In this document: positions 31,161-43,285 of the stretch, piece by piece
Position numbering within the stretch: position 1 is the stretch's first letter
Layout: each line of letters opens with the position of its first letter
From: Acidimicrobiales bacterium
GTDB taxonomy: Bacteria > Actinomycetota > Acidimicrobiia > Acidimicrobiales > JAUJNH01
Assembly: GCA_038232515.1 (NCBI GenBank)
Contig: JBBSHS010000003.1
Span: 1 to 60,054, forward strand
DNA length: 60,054 bases
Direction: 5' to 3'
Position numbers and translations under genes: made by a program
Notes under the pieces: model-generated
Told to the model about the DNA's origin: nothing
Databases searched by the model: none
The model's input: only the letters and a program-made list of their open reading frames with translations

Positions 31161-31189
31161 TTGACATGCCGACTGCAATGGCATGAAAT
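31161..31189 (+). promoter_or_regulatory. Sigma70-type promoter TTGACA-N17-TGAAAT with overlapping inverted repeats
   Basis: Perfect -35 at 31161-31166, 17-nt spacer, near-consensus -10; inverted pairs CATGCC/GGCATG and GCATTTC/GAAATGC. Confidence 0.55.
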
Positions 31190-31235
31190 GCATCGACAGC
31201 GCTTCCCCGCTCCACCCACTGCATTCGGAGGCTCC

Positions 31236-31883
31236 GTGCCGGTCGCCGTCCCCCCTCTCCCGTTCCCCGATGAAACCCTGGCCATCGTCCCGCTCGCCGA
31301 TCCCGCGGCGGACGAGTCCGGCTTCGATCCCCGCTCTGCGTATGTCGAACAGTTCTGGCTGGGCATCCTCGGGCCCAGCACCACGTGGCTGGTGAGGCGG
31401 ATGGCCTCGGGCCTCGACGCCGAGCCCGAGGGCTTTCTGCTCGACCTGGCGGAGACCTCGCGGGCTCTGGGCCTGGGTGAGCGCCAGAGCCGCCACTCAC
31501 CCTTCGCCCGCGCCCTGGTGCGCTGTGTCCACTTCGACCTGGCTCAGCCCCGGGGACTCGGGGTGCTGGCCGTGCGCCGCAAGGTCCCGGCCCTGAACGG
31601 GCGCCAGGTGCAGCGCCTGCCCAACTCCCTCCAGGGCCGCCACGCCACCTGGCAGCACGGCCAGGCCGGCCCGGCCACCGACGAGGCCCGCCGTCGGGCG
31701 TGCCAGCTGGCCCTGTCGTTGCTGGAGTTGGGTGAGCCGGTCGACGCCGCCGAGCGCCAGTTGGGCATCTGGCGCTATCCGGCACCGGTGGTCCGCCAGG
31801 CTGTCACCTGGGCGGTGGACCACCACCGCGCCGCTATGGTGGCCGCCGGACAGCCCCATCCCGACGGGGGCCCGGCCGCCTGA
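31236..31883 (+). CDS. Conserved hypothetical protein (possible winged-helix)
   Basis: GGAGG + GTG 31236; DPRSAYVEQFWLGILGPSTTWL motif; GC3-rich codon usage. Confidence 0.75.
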   Translation: MPVAVPPLPFPDETLAIVPLADPAADESGFDPRSAYVEQFWLGILGPSTTWLVRRMASGLDAEPEGFLLDLAETSRALGLGERQSRHSPFARALVRCVHFDLAQPRGLGVLAVRRKVPALNGRQVQRLPNSLQGRHATWQHGQAGPATDEARRRACQLALSLLELGEPVDAAERQLGIWRYPAPVVRQAVTWAVDHHRAAMVAAGQPHPDGGPAA

Positions 31884-31920
31884 CCCACTAGGCGGGGGGC
31901 GAAGGCCCTTGCCTCCGGCG

Positions 31921-32163
31921 CTATTGGCGGTAGTGCTCCACGGTGTCCTCGCTGCGAGCCGTCGCCTCGTCCGGGTCCTGGCCGGCTCGGCGGCGGGCCC
32001 GGCGCTGCCGCAACAGGTCCCAGCACTGGTCGAGCTGGACCTCGAGGTCGGCCAGGCGCTCGACCTCGCCCGGGGCTGGTTCGGCGCCGACGTGTCGCCG
32101 TTCGAGGCCGTGCTCCTCGTCCACCAGATCGTGGATCCGCTGCAGCACCTCGGCGTCGTCCAT
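31921..32163 (-). CDS. DUF2630 family protein
   Basis: LVDEEH...LEVQLDQCWDLLRQRRA...VEHYRQ. Confidence 0.88.
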   Translation of the reverse strand: MDDAEVLQRIHDLVDEEHGLERRHVGAEPAPGEVERLADLEVQLDQCWDLLRQRRARRRAGQDPDEATARSEDTVEHYRQ

Positions 32164-32265
32164 GCCTGCCGTTCTACTCCTTCACGGCGCCGGAGGAGGG
32201 CCAGAGCGCCTCCAGGGCCAAGGGCAGGCGCCGGCGAGCCCGACCGGTCGACCACGGCGGCGGCT

Positions 32266-32835
32266 TCACCGGTCGGTGCCGGCCGGTGTCGGGGCGTCCC
32301 TGGACCGCAGAGCGCCGTCACCGCCTGCCTCCTCGCAGCGGGCCATGGCCCACAGCAGGCTGGACAGGCGATTGAGGTACGGAAGGGCCCAGGACCCTTC
32401 GGCGGCCACCGGCACCACCGCCCGCTCGGCCCGCCGTACGGCCGTGCGGGCCACGTCGAGCAAAGCCGCCAGCCGCGTCTGGCCGGGTACCACGAAGTCG
32501 GTGAGGGGCGGGAAGCGACCACCGGCGTCGTCGGTCAGGGCCTCGACCCGGGCCAGCATCTCAGGAGTGGCCAGGCTGGTGCCGGCCACCAGCTTGTGGC
32601 GGTTGGCGGGTGCGGTGGCCAACTCGGCCATGAGGACGTACAGGTCGCGTTCCAGTCCGACCAGCAGGCGGTCGAGCTCTCCCCCCGGCTCTGCCTCCGA
32701 CCGGGCCACGCCCATCGCCGCCTGCGCCTCGTCGACGGCACCGAGCGCCTCCGGCCGGGGGGCATTCTTGGCCACCCGGCCGCCGAAGTACAGACCGGTG
32801 GTGCCATCGTCGCCCTTGCCGGTGTAGATCGGCAT
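32266..32835 (-). CDS. pduO: ATP:cob(I)alamin adenosyltransferase, PduO type
   Basis: IYTGKGDDGTT, GAVDE, ARTAVRRAER, YLNRLS. Confidence 0.92.
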   Translation of the reverse strand: MPIYTGKGDDGTTGLYFGGRVAKNAPRPEALGAVDEAQAAMGVARSEAEPGGELDRLLVGLERDLYVLMAELATAPANRHKLVAGTSLATPEMLARVEALTDDAGGRFPPLTDFVVPGQTRLAALLDVARTAVRRAERAVVPVAAEGSWALPYLNRLSSLLWAMARCEEAGGDGALRSRDAPTPAGTDR

Positions 32836-32916
32836 CGCCCGGCGACGCTACCGCCTCCCCCCGGGCATCTATGCGCTCGTCGGGCCCCGTGTCGGACTCG
32901 CCGGCGCCTCACTCCA

Positions 32917-34584
32917 CTACTCGGTGACGTGGCCGGCCTCCACCCGTACGGTCCGGGTGAGCCGGACCGATTCCAACAGGCGTCGGTCGTGGGAGACGAG
33001 CACGAGGGCACCGTCATAGGCGTCGAGGGCCTGCTCGAGCTGTTCGATGGCCGGCACGTCGAGGTGGTTGGTGGGCTCGTCCAGCACCAGGCAGTTGACG
33101 CCCTGGGCCATCAGCGTCGCCAGGATGGCCCGGCTGCGCTCCCCCGGCGACAGATCCCGACCGGCCCTGAGCACGTGGTCGGCGCCGAGGGAGAACTTGG
33201 CCAACAGGGTGCGGGCCTGGGCGCCCTCCAGCGAGGTGGCGGCGGCGAAGGTGGACAGCACGGGCTCGTCGCCGCCGTAGCGGTGGCGGCGCTGGTCCAT
33301 GGAACCGACGACGATCCCCGGCCCGAGGAGCCGGCGCCCCGACGACAGCGGTAACTCGCCCAGCAACGCCCCCAACAGCGTCGACTTGCCGCCCCCGTTG
33401 GGGCCGGCCACACCCACCCGGTCGGGCCAACGCAGCTCCAGGTCCACCGGGCCCAGGCGGAACGGGCGGTGGTCCCCGCTCCGAGGACCGCTCGGGCCCC
33501 GGTCGACCACGGCGTCGGAGAGGCGGGCCACCACCTCGCTGCCCCGGGCGCCGCCGGCGAAGGACAGCCGCAGCTCCCACGGGTCGAACGGCTTGTCGAC
33601 GGCCTCCGTCTCCAGCCGGGCCAGCCGCTGCTCGGTGGTGCGGACCTTGGCCGCCTGCTTCTCGGTGCGGTTGGTGAAGAACCCCTGTTGGGACTTGTCG
33701 TGGTCCTTCGGGTTGCGCTTGGCCCTGGCCACGCCGGTGACGGCCCACGATCGCTGGGTGCGCAGGCGCCCGGCCAGGTCGCCCCGCTGGGTGGCGAACT
33801 GCTCGTAGGCCGCCTCCTGCTGCCGGCGGGCCAGCGCCCGGGCCCGCGACCACTCGGTCCACCCGCCGGCGTACTCGGTCCCGCGGTGGCTGGACTCGTC
33901 GATCTCGAGCACCCGGGTGGCCGTCCGGTCCAGGAACGCCCGGTCGTGGCTGACCATCACGACCGCGCCGGGCAGCGAGGAGCAGAACCGCTCGAGGCGG
34001 TCCAGGCCGGCGAAGTCGAGGTCGTTGGTGGGCTCGTCGAGCAGGAACACGTCGAAGCGGGCCAACAGGATGGCGGCCAGCACGGCCCGGGCCGCCTGGC
34101 CTCCCGACACCACCCCGACGGGGACGGCGAGGCGGTCGGCGGGCAGGCCGACGTCGGCCAGCACGACACCGGCGCGGGCATCGAGGTCGACGCCACCGAG
34201 GGCGATGAACTGCTCCAGGGCGTCGGCGTGGGCCTGGATGACGGCGTCGTCGACTCCGCCCCCGGCCAGCCGGTCGCCCAAGCGGTCGAGGGTGGTGGAC
34301 GCCTCGGCTACGCCGGTCCTGCGGGACAGGTAGGCCCGTAGCGTCTCGCCCGGTCGGGCATCGGGCTCCTGGGGCAGGTAGCCGACGGTGACCGACGCCG
34401 GCGAGCGCTCCACCCGGCCGCCGTCGGGCTCCTCCAGGCCGGCGAGGATACGCAGCAGTGTGCTCTTGCCGATGCCGTTGGGGCCGACCACGCCGAGACG
34501 GCTCCGGGGGCCGACGCTGACGCTCACCTGGTCGAGCACCACCTGAGTTCCGTGCCACCGGCTGACGTCGACGGCACTCAGCAC
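32917..34584 (-). CDS. ABC-F family ATP-binding protein
   Basis: Two ABC domains without TMs (GPNGIGKST..LDEPTNDLD; GPNGGGKST..LDEPTNHLD). Start GTG 34584 follows TAGGAT. Confidence 0.9.
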   Translation of the reverse strand: MLSAVDVSRWHGTQVVLDQVSVSVGPRSRLGVVGPNGIGKSTLLRILAGLEEPDGGRVERSPASVTVGYLPQEPDARPGETLRAYLSRRTGVAEASTTLDRLGDRLAGGGVDDAVIQAHADALEQFIALGGVDLDARAGVVLADVGLPADRLAVPVGVVSGGQAARAVLAAILLARFDVFLLDEPTNDLDFAGLDRLERFCSSLPGAVVMVSHDRAFLDRTATRVLEIDESSHRGTEYAGGWTEWSRARALARRQQEAAYEQFATQRGDLAGRLRTQRSWAVTGVARAKRNPKDHDKSQQGFFTNRTEKQAAKVRTTEQRLARLETEAVDKPFDPWELRLSFAGGARGSEVVARLSDAVVDRGPSGPRSGDHRPFRLGPVDLELRWPDRVGVAGPNGGGKSTLLGALLGELPLSSGRRLLGPGIVVGSMDQRRHRYGGDEPVLSTFAAATSLEGAQARTLLAKFSLGADHVLRAGRDLSPGERSRAILATLMAQGVNCLVLDEPTNHLDVPAIEQLEQALDAYDGALVLVSHDRRLLESVRLTRTVRVEAGHVTE

Positions 34585-34679
34585 GACCGGCGATCCTACG
34601 GGCGGGGCCCGCACCCTGAGCCGCCTTTTCCCCGCCGCGTGGGCGAATTGCCGGGGTGGTCGGGCGCACGTCGTACCCA

Positions 34680-35720
34680 CTACGGGTGGGTCAGGAAGCC
34701 GCCGATCATCGAGCCGATGTCGCTCACCTGGTCGGCGGCCGGGGCGTGGGCCATGACCTTGGTGCCGAAGTCGTACAGCTCGAAGGTGGCCGTGCCCGTC
34801 CCGGTGGGCGGGGTCCTCGTGGCCCCTCCGCCCGTCGGGGTCGTCCTGATGCGACTGGCGTCGATGGTGAGGGTGAGCTTGCGCAGCCGGCCCTGGGCGT
34901 CGACCCACAGGTCGGCGGGCACGGGCTGGCCGACCACGGTGGCCGCCTGCCGGCCCCCGCTCCGGGCCGCGGCGGGCAGTTGGGCGGCCACCTTGTCGAG
35001 GTCGATGTTGGCCTTGTAGTGGGTGGTCTGGGTGCCCCGCACCGGCTCTGTGCCGACGGGTTGCACGTCACCGGAGACACCTTTGACGTAGTTGAGGACG
35101 TCGGTGGGGGCAATGGCGCCGCCCGAGCCCATCACGCCCAGCTGGTCTCCCACCAGGCTGGTGAGCGCAGCGCGGTCCAGCTTCACCCAGGGCTTGCCGT
35201 TGGTGACCATCCGGTACGACGCCGGCAGTTGCACGAACAGGGCGTCGCCCGTGCTGACCACGTCGACCGGATCGACGTCGTTCGGCAGGGTGATGGTGCC
35301 GGCGGCCACGCCGGTGCCGAAGTCGCCCACGCCCTGGCCCGACACCGTCTGGCCGGCGAAGGTGAGTGTGAGCTCGCCCCTGGCCGTGCCCGCGTCACGG
35401 GTGGCCTGATAGGAGGCGGCGACCGCCTTGGCCCCCGGACCGGTGGCCAGGTTGAGCGTGGTCGCTTTGTGGCCGCCCGGGGAGACCACGAGCGCCGCCA
35501 CCAGGGCCAGCGCAGCCACCGACACCGTGGCCACGAACACCAGGCGCACCGGCGACCGGCGTCGCTCGTCGGCCACCAGGCTGAGCACGCGCGCCCCGGG
35601 CGCAGCCGGAGCGGCGGGAGTCGGCACCCGGCCAGCCCACGGTGACGCCGCCGCCTCGGGCACGGGGTTGGCCGGCCCGAGGTGATGGCGGACTGCCTTC
35701 ATGTCCTCGTCGACGGTCAT
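34680..35720 (-). CDS. Putative membrane anti-sigma factor with LppX/LprAFG-like extracytoplasmic domain
   Basis: ATG 35720 overlaps the sigma stop; cytoplasmic ANPVP, one TM, then GKPWVKLD, VGTEPVRG..TTHY, DLWVD.QGR, YDFG...AP..DQV. Confidence 0.75.
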   Translation of the reverse strand: MTVDEDMKAVRHHLGPANPVPEAAASPWAGRVPTPAAPAAPGARVLSLVADERRRSPVRLVFVATVSVAALALVAALVVSPGGHKATTLNLATGPGAKAVAASYQATRDAGTARGELTLTFAGQTVSGQGVGDFGTGVAAGTITLPNDVDPVDVVSTGDALFVQLPASYRMVTNGKPWVKLDRAALTSLVGDQLGVMGSGGAIAPTDVLNYVKGVSGDVQPVGTEPVRGTQTTHYKANIDLDKVAAQLPAAARSGGRQAATVVGQPVPADLWVDAQGRLRKLTLTIDASRIRTTPTGGGATRTPPTGTGTATFELYDFGTKVMAHAPAADQVSDIGSMIGGFLTHP

Positions 35721-36277
35721 CGGGTTCCCTTCGTGGTGGGCAACTGGTCTTCCAGCCGGCGACGGGCGCGGTGGAGTCGGACGGCGAACGTCGATTCGCT
35801 GACGCCGAGGACGAAGGCGGCCCGGTCGGCGGCCAGGCCCTCCCAGGCCACCAGCATGAGGATCTCGCGGTCGTCGGGACGGAGCCGGCCGAGCGCGGCC
35901 CGGGCGGCGGCCCCGTCGAGGGCGGCGTCGGCGGCGTCGGGTGAGGGACCGGGGCTGGCGGAGCTGGACCGCCGGCTCAGGCGGTCGACCAGCCGGGACC
36001 GACGGGCCTCTCCCCGGCGGCGGTTGGCCAGGATGCCCCGGGCCACGCCGAACAACCAAGGCCGCGCGTCGACGGGCAGGTCGTCGATGCGCCGCCAGAG
36101 GACCTCGAAGGTGGCCGAGGCGACGTCAGCGGCGACGTCGTGGGGGGCTCGCCGGCGGGCGTAGGCCAGCACGGCGCCGTGGTGCTCCCGGAAGAGGTCC
36201 TGGAAGCGGGCTCCGGGCCCGTCATCTTCGTGGTGCTGCTCGGCCGCCACCGCGCTCAGCCCCGCCCTCGCCCGCAT
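35717..36277 (-). CDS. ECF RNA polymerase sigma factor
   Basis: FQDLFREH..AVLAYARRR, PWLFGVAR region 2; LRPDDREIL..VAWEGL...VRLHRARRRL region 4. Start ATG 36277 or GTG 36286. Confidence 0.92.
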   Translation of the reverse strand: MRARAGLSAVAAEQHHEDDGPGARFQDLFREHHGAVLAYARRRAPHDVAADVASATFEVLWRRIDDLPVDARPWLFGVARGILANRRRGEARRSRLVDRLSRRSSSASPGPSPDAADAALDGAAARAALGRLRPDDREILMLVAWEGLAADRAAFVLGVSESTFAVRLHRARRRLEDQLPTTKGTR

Positions 36278-36441
36278 ACCCGTCACCTGTCCGACACCGC
36301 CCCGTTCTTACAGCACAGCCCCCACAACCCCCGGCCGGCCCGCCGGTGCCACTGAAGATCACTCCAGCGTCGCCCCTCAGGGCTTGCGCCCGAAGGCCAA
36401 ACCGAACGCCGGTATCGGGGCGGCCGGTAGCCTGAACGGCC

Positions 36442-39954
<3,513 letters not shown>

Positions 39955-40013
39955 GTCGGGCCTCGAGAACGGGCGCCTACCGCGAGACCAGGGAACGCGG
40001 GAGCCGCCGGCGC

Positions 40014-40106
40014 AGCCGGCCGGGGGTGTGGGGGCCTTGCCCCCACAGGCGAGCAAGGATCCGGCTTGCCGGGCCTTGCGAAAAGATGGCGCGCGCCGCG
40101 AGCTCC
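40014..40106. repeat. Structured intergenic repeat, family B copy 2
   Basis: Same conserved blocks and 70-nt offset as 9906-9998; the central hairpin differs in sequence but still pairs. Confidence 0.75.
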
Positions 40107-40123
40107 ACAAGCCGGAGGGGGGC

Positions 40124-40154
40124 TCGGGGGGAGGGGCTTTGGCCCTCCCCCCGA
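40124..40154. terminator. 12-bp hairpin between convergent metH and downstream gene
   Basis: TCGGGGGGAGGG / CCCTCCCCCCGA perfect stem. Confidence 0.65.
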
Positions 40155-40159
40155 ATAGG

Positions 40160-41035
40160 TCAGGCTTTGAGGACCAGGCGGGCTACCAGGTCGGTGCCGA
40201 AGGCGGTGAGGATGGCCAGGTAGAGCAGGCCGGTGGCGGCCATCACGGCCGAGTAGGCCTTTTCCTGCAGCGCCTTGGCGGTGACGAAGCACAGGCCCAG
40301 GGTGGTCACGGCGCACGCCACCCAGAACCAGGCCAGGATGCCGCCGTAACCGTCACGGATGGTGCCGTCGAGCACCGACACCATGCCCGTGGGCCACAGC
40401 AGCGCGCCCACCTCCACCGGCCACAGGATGGCCAACCCGCGGTTGAGCTGCAGGATGGGGTCCCGCCCGAGCCCCGGCTGCACCAGGTACCAGTGGCCAA
40501 GCAGCATGGCGTCGGTCACGGCCCCCAGAAAACCGGCCCCGGCAACGGTGCGCACGACGGCCAGGGCGGTCGGCCCACCGGCGGCCGCCGCCCCGGCCAC
40601 TAGACCCACCAATCCGAACGCCGGAGCCATTAGGTCGAGCGCCGGCGGGAACTCCTTCACCTCGGCCGGCGGCCGGCCCGGGGCCGGCGGCGAGGTGTCG
40701 GTCTCGACGTCGGCGCCGGTCATGGCCGCCACCCGGGCACTGCGCCGCTCCTGCACCTCCCGCTGGCCCCGTACTCCCGCCCGGCGGCGGGCGACCGAGA
40801 CGGCCGCCGCCACCAGAGCGCCGGCCGCGCCCAGGAGCGAGCAGGCGTCGCGCACCGGCACGGCGTCGCCGAAGCGGCCGGCGCCGAAGGCCCCGACGGC
40901 CATGACCGCGAACACGCCGCGGAGCAGCCAGCCGTAGCCGATGCCCACCTCCCGCCGGCGGGTCGTCACCCACAGGAAGAACAAGCCTCCGGTGGCCCAC
41001 TGGAGGAGGACCGTGCCGGCGTCGAGCCTGATCAC
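40160..41035 (-). CDS. Conserved multi-pass membrane protein
   Basis: About 7 hydrophobic segments; MLLGHWYLVQPGL and YSAVMAATGLLY motifs. Confidence 0.8.
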   Translation of the reverse strand: MIRLDAGTVLLQWATGGLFFLWVTTRRREVGIGYGWLLRGVFAVMAVGAFGAGRFGDAVPVRDACSLLGAAGALVAAAVSVARRRAGVRGQREVQERRSARVAAMTGADVETDTSPPAPGRPPAEVKEFPPALDLMAPAFGLVGLVAGAAAAGGPTALAVVRTVAGAGFLGAVTDAMLLGHWYLVQPGLGRDPILQLNRGLAILWPVEVGALLWPTGMVSVLDGTIRDGYGGILAWFWVACAVTTLGLCFVTAKALQEKAYSAVMAATGLLYLAILTAFGTDLVARLVLKA

Positions 41036-41062
41036 GGCGCGACCAGGGGGAGGGGCAACGCG

Positions 41063-41226
41063 TCAGATCCCAAGTGTGGCGCCCCCGTCGACGGTGAGCG
41101 TGGTGCCGGTGATGAAGGCGGCGGAGGCCGAGCACAGGAAAGCCACGGCCCGGCCGAAGTCGGCGGGGTCGCCATGGGCCCGGAGCCGCCCAGCTCCTTC
41201 ATGCGGTCGGTGGCGTGGGCCCCGGG
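41063..41226 (-). pseudogene. C-terminal remnant of an SDR oxidoreductase
   Basis: [14 protein letters not shown] in one frame, then [30 protein letters not shown] in another; no Rossmann fold or YxxxK upstream. Confidence 0.75.
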
Positions 41227-41357
41227 GCTTGATTCTCCCTGGTATCCGGGCGGTGGGCGGTTCACGTATCGCGTGGCCTGGCTGACGACATTGCCGCCGA
41301 AGTGCCAAGGGTCCAGCCAGCGAAAGCCACAGCTCTGCATGGAGGACAAGGTTTCTG

Positions 41358-41561
41358 TCATCCCGTAGGGTCCTTGACCGGCAAGGTCAGGTGGAGGTAG
41401 AGCCAGACGGCAAGGCCCACAGGGAGGACGAGCACGACGAGCAGGGCGTAGGGGCGGCCGTCCAGGCCGCGGCGGTCCAGGTCCTGGGCCAGCTTGGTGG
41501 CGAGAAGGAGCAGGACCGGCAGGCCGATCAGCAGGACCAGGAAGGCGGTGACAGTGGACAC
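41358..41561 (-). CDS. Small two-TM membrane protein
   Basis: 67 aa, two hydrophobic helices, GC3-rich codons, follows lipA in the same direction. Confidence 0.55.
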   Translation of the reverse strand: MSTVTAFLVLLIGLPVLLLLATKLAQDLDRRGLDGRPYALLVVLVLPVGLAVWLYLHLTLPVKDPTG

Positions 41562-41581
41562 CGGCGGGTCGACCCGGTGGC

Positions 41582-43279
41582 TCAGGCTCGGACGTCAGCA
41601 GAGACGGCCGGGGCGGCAACTGCCGCGGGGCCAGCAACCGCGGCGGCGGCCTGGCGGGCGTGGTAGCTGGAGCGGGTGAGGGGTGAGGCCTCGATGTGGG
41701 GGATGCCCAGGGCCTCACCGGCCGACTTGAGGGCGGACAGCTCCGCCGGCGTCCACCAGCGGGCGACCGGGACATGGCGGGCCGACGGGCGCAGGTACTG
41801 GCCGATAGTGACGATGTCCACGGCCATGGCTCGGAGGTCGGCCAGGACGGCGAGCACCTCCGTGTCGGTCTCGCCCAGACCGACGATGACCGACGTCTTG
41901 GTGACCAGCCCGGCCGCCTTGGCCCGGGCCAGCACGGCCAGGCTGCGGGCGTAGGAGGCGGACGGCCGGACGGCCCGCTGCAGGCGAGGCACCGTCTCGA
42001 CGTTGTGGTTCAGCACGTCGGGCCGGGCCTCGAAAATCATCTGGAGGGAGACAGGATCGCCCTTGCAGTCAGGGATCAGCGTCTCCACCGCGCAGGCCGG
42101 GTTGCGACGGCGCACCGCTCGGATGGTCACCGCGAACGCCCCGGCCCCGCCGTCGGCCAGGTCGTCGCGGGCCACGGCGGTGATCACGGCGTGGGCCAGG
42201 CCCACGCGCTCGACGGCCTCGGCCACCCGTTCCGGCTCCCCGGCATCCGGGGGCCGAGGCTTGTCGGTGTCGACCAGGCAGAAGGCGCAGGCGCGCGTGC
42301 AGCGCTCGCCGTTGATCATGAAGGTGGCCGTGCCGTCGGCCCAGCACTCGAAGATGTTCGGGCAACCGGCCTCCTCGCACACCGTGACCAGGTCGAGGCT
42401 GCGCATGGTGTGCTTGAGCCTCCGGTAGCCGTCGCCCATGTCGGCCTTGACCCTGAGCCACTCCGGCTTGCGGGCGGTGAAGGCCACCGCCGTCGCCGGG
42501 TCGACCGCGGCCTCGGCCAGCCGGGCCCGCACCCGTGACGAGAGCTGCGGGCCGGATGCATCGGCCGGCACATCCGCATCGAGGTCGGCAACGATGGACC
42601 GGTGGGCGCTCCAGGCCACGTCCTGGCGCTCCCAGCCGCCACCCCCCCACCGCTCGACGGCCCGGGTTACGAGGGCGTCGACCACCTCCTGCATGGTCGC
42701 CGTCACCCCTTCAGCCCGCAAGGACGTGACCGCCTTGTCGGGGTCGGTGATCCCGCAGGGCACGATGTGGTCGAACATGGCGAGGTCGGGGTCGACGTTC
42801 AGGGCGAAGCCGTGCATCGACCGCTCCCGGCTGATGCGCACCCCCACGGCACAGATCTTGCGGGGGCCGGCGCCGGTCGGGTCCACCCACACGCCCGGAT
42901 AGCCGGCGAGGCGGCCGCAGGCAGGCACGCCGAGGTCGGCCAGCGCGTCAATGACGACCTGTTCTACGGCGTGGACATGGCCGGGGGTGGAGCCCGGGCC
43001 GGTGGGCACGTCCACGATGGGGTAGCCGACGACCTGGCCCGGCCCGTGGTAGGTGACGTCGCCACCCCGCTTCGCCTTGACCAGGCCGGCCCCCATCGTG
43101 GCCGGGTCGACCAGCACGTGCTCGGGTCGGGCCCGCACGCCCAGCGTGTACACGTGTGGGTGCTCCAAGAGCAGGAGGTGCTGGTCCGGGTGGCCGTGGG
43201 CGTGGAGGCCTTCCTGCACGGCCAGCGCGTCGGCGTAGGCCACGCGCCCCAGCCACCTGACCCGAAGCGTCGCGGGCAA
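41582..43279 (-). CDS. lipA: Fused octanoyltransferase LipB - lipoyl synthase LipA
   Basis: LEHPHVYTLG, RGGDVTYHGPGQ, HGFALN, IVPCG (LipB), then KPEWL, CEEAGCPNIFEC, CTRACAFC, RSSY (LipA) in one frame. Confidence 0.95.
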   Translation of the reverse strand: MPATLRVRWLGRVAYADALAVQEGLHAHGHPDQHLLLLEHPHVYTLGVRARPEHVLVDPATMGAGLVKAKRGGDVTYHGPGQVVGYPIVDVPTGPGSTPGHVHAVEQVVIDALADLGVPACGRLAGYPGVWVDPTGAGPRKICAVGVRISRERSMHGFALNVDPDLAMFDHIVPCGITDPDKAVTSLRAEGVTATMQEVVDALVTRAVERWGGGGWERQDVAWSAHRSIVADLDADVPADASGPQLSSRVRARLAEAAVDPATAVAFTARKPEWLRVKADMGDGYRRLKHTMRSLDLVTVCEEAGCPNIFECWADGTATFMINGERCTRACAFCLVDTDKPRPPDAGEPERVAEAVERVGLAHAVITAVARDDLADGGAGAFAVTIRAVRRRNPACAVETLIPDCKGDPVSLQMIFEARPDVLNHNVETVPRLQRAVRPSASYARSLAVLARAKAAGLVTKTSVIVGLGETDTEVLAVLADLRAMAVDIVTIGQYLRPSARHVPVARWWTPAELSALKSAGEALGIPHIEASPLTRSSYHARQAAAAVAGPAAVAAPAVSADVRA

Positions 43280-43285
43280 GAGGCC

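Noticed and set aside
32917-34584. Antibiotic-resistance (ARE) call for the ABC-F protein
   Set aside because: The subfamily cannot be assigned by eye, and there is no leader peptide or resistance context.
36300-36441. Cobalamin or SAM riboswitch upstream of metH
   Set aside because: Only GCCACTG matches. The GGGAA, CCCGC..CTGT and B12-box elements are absent, and metH looks leaderless.
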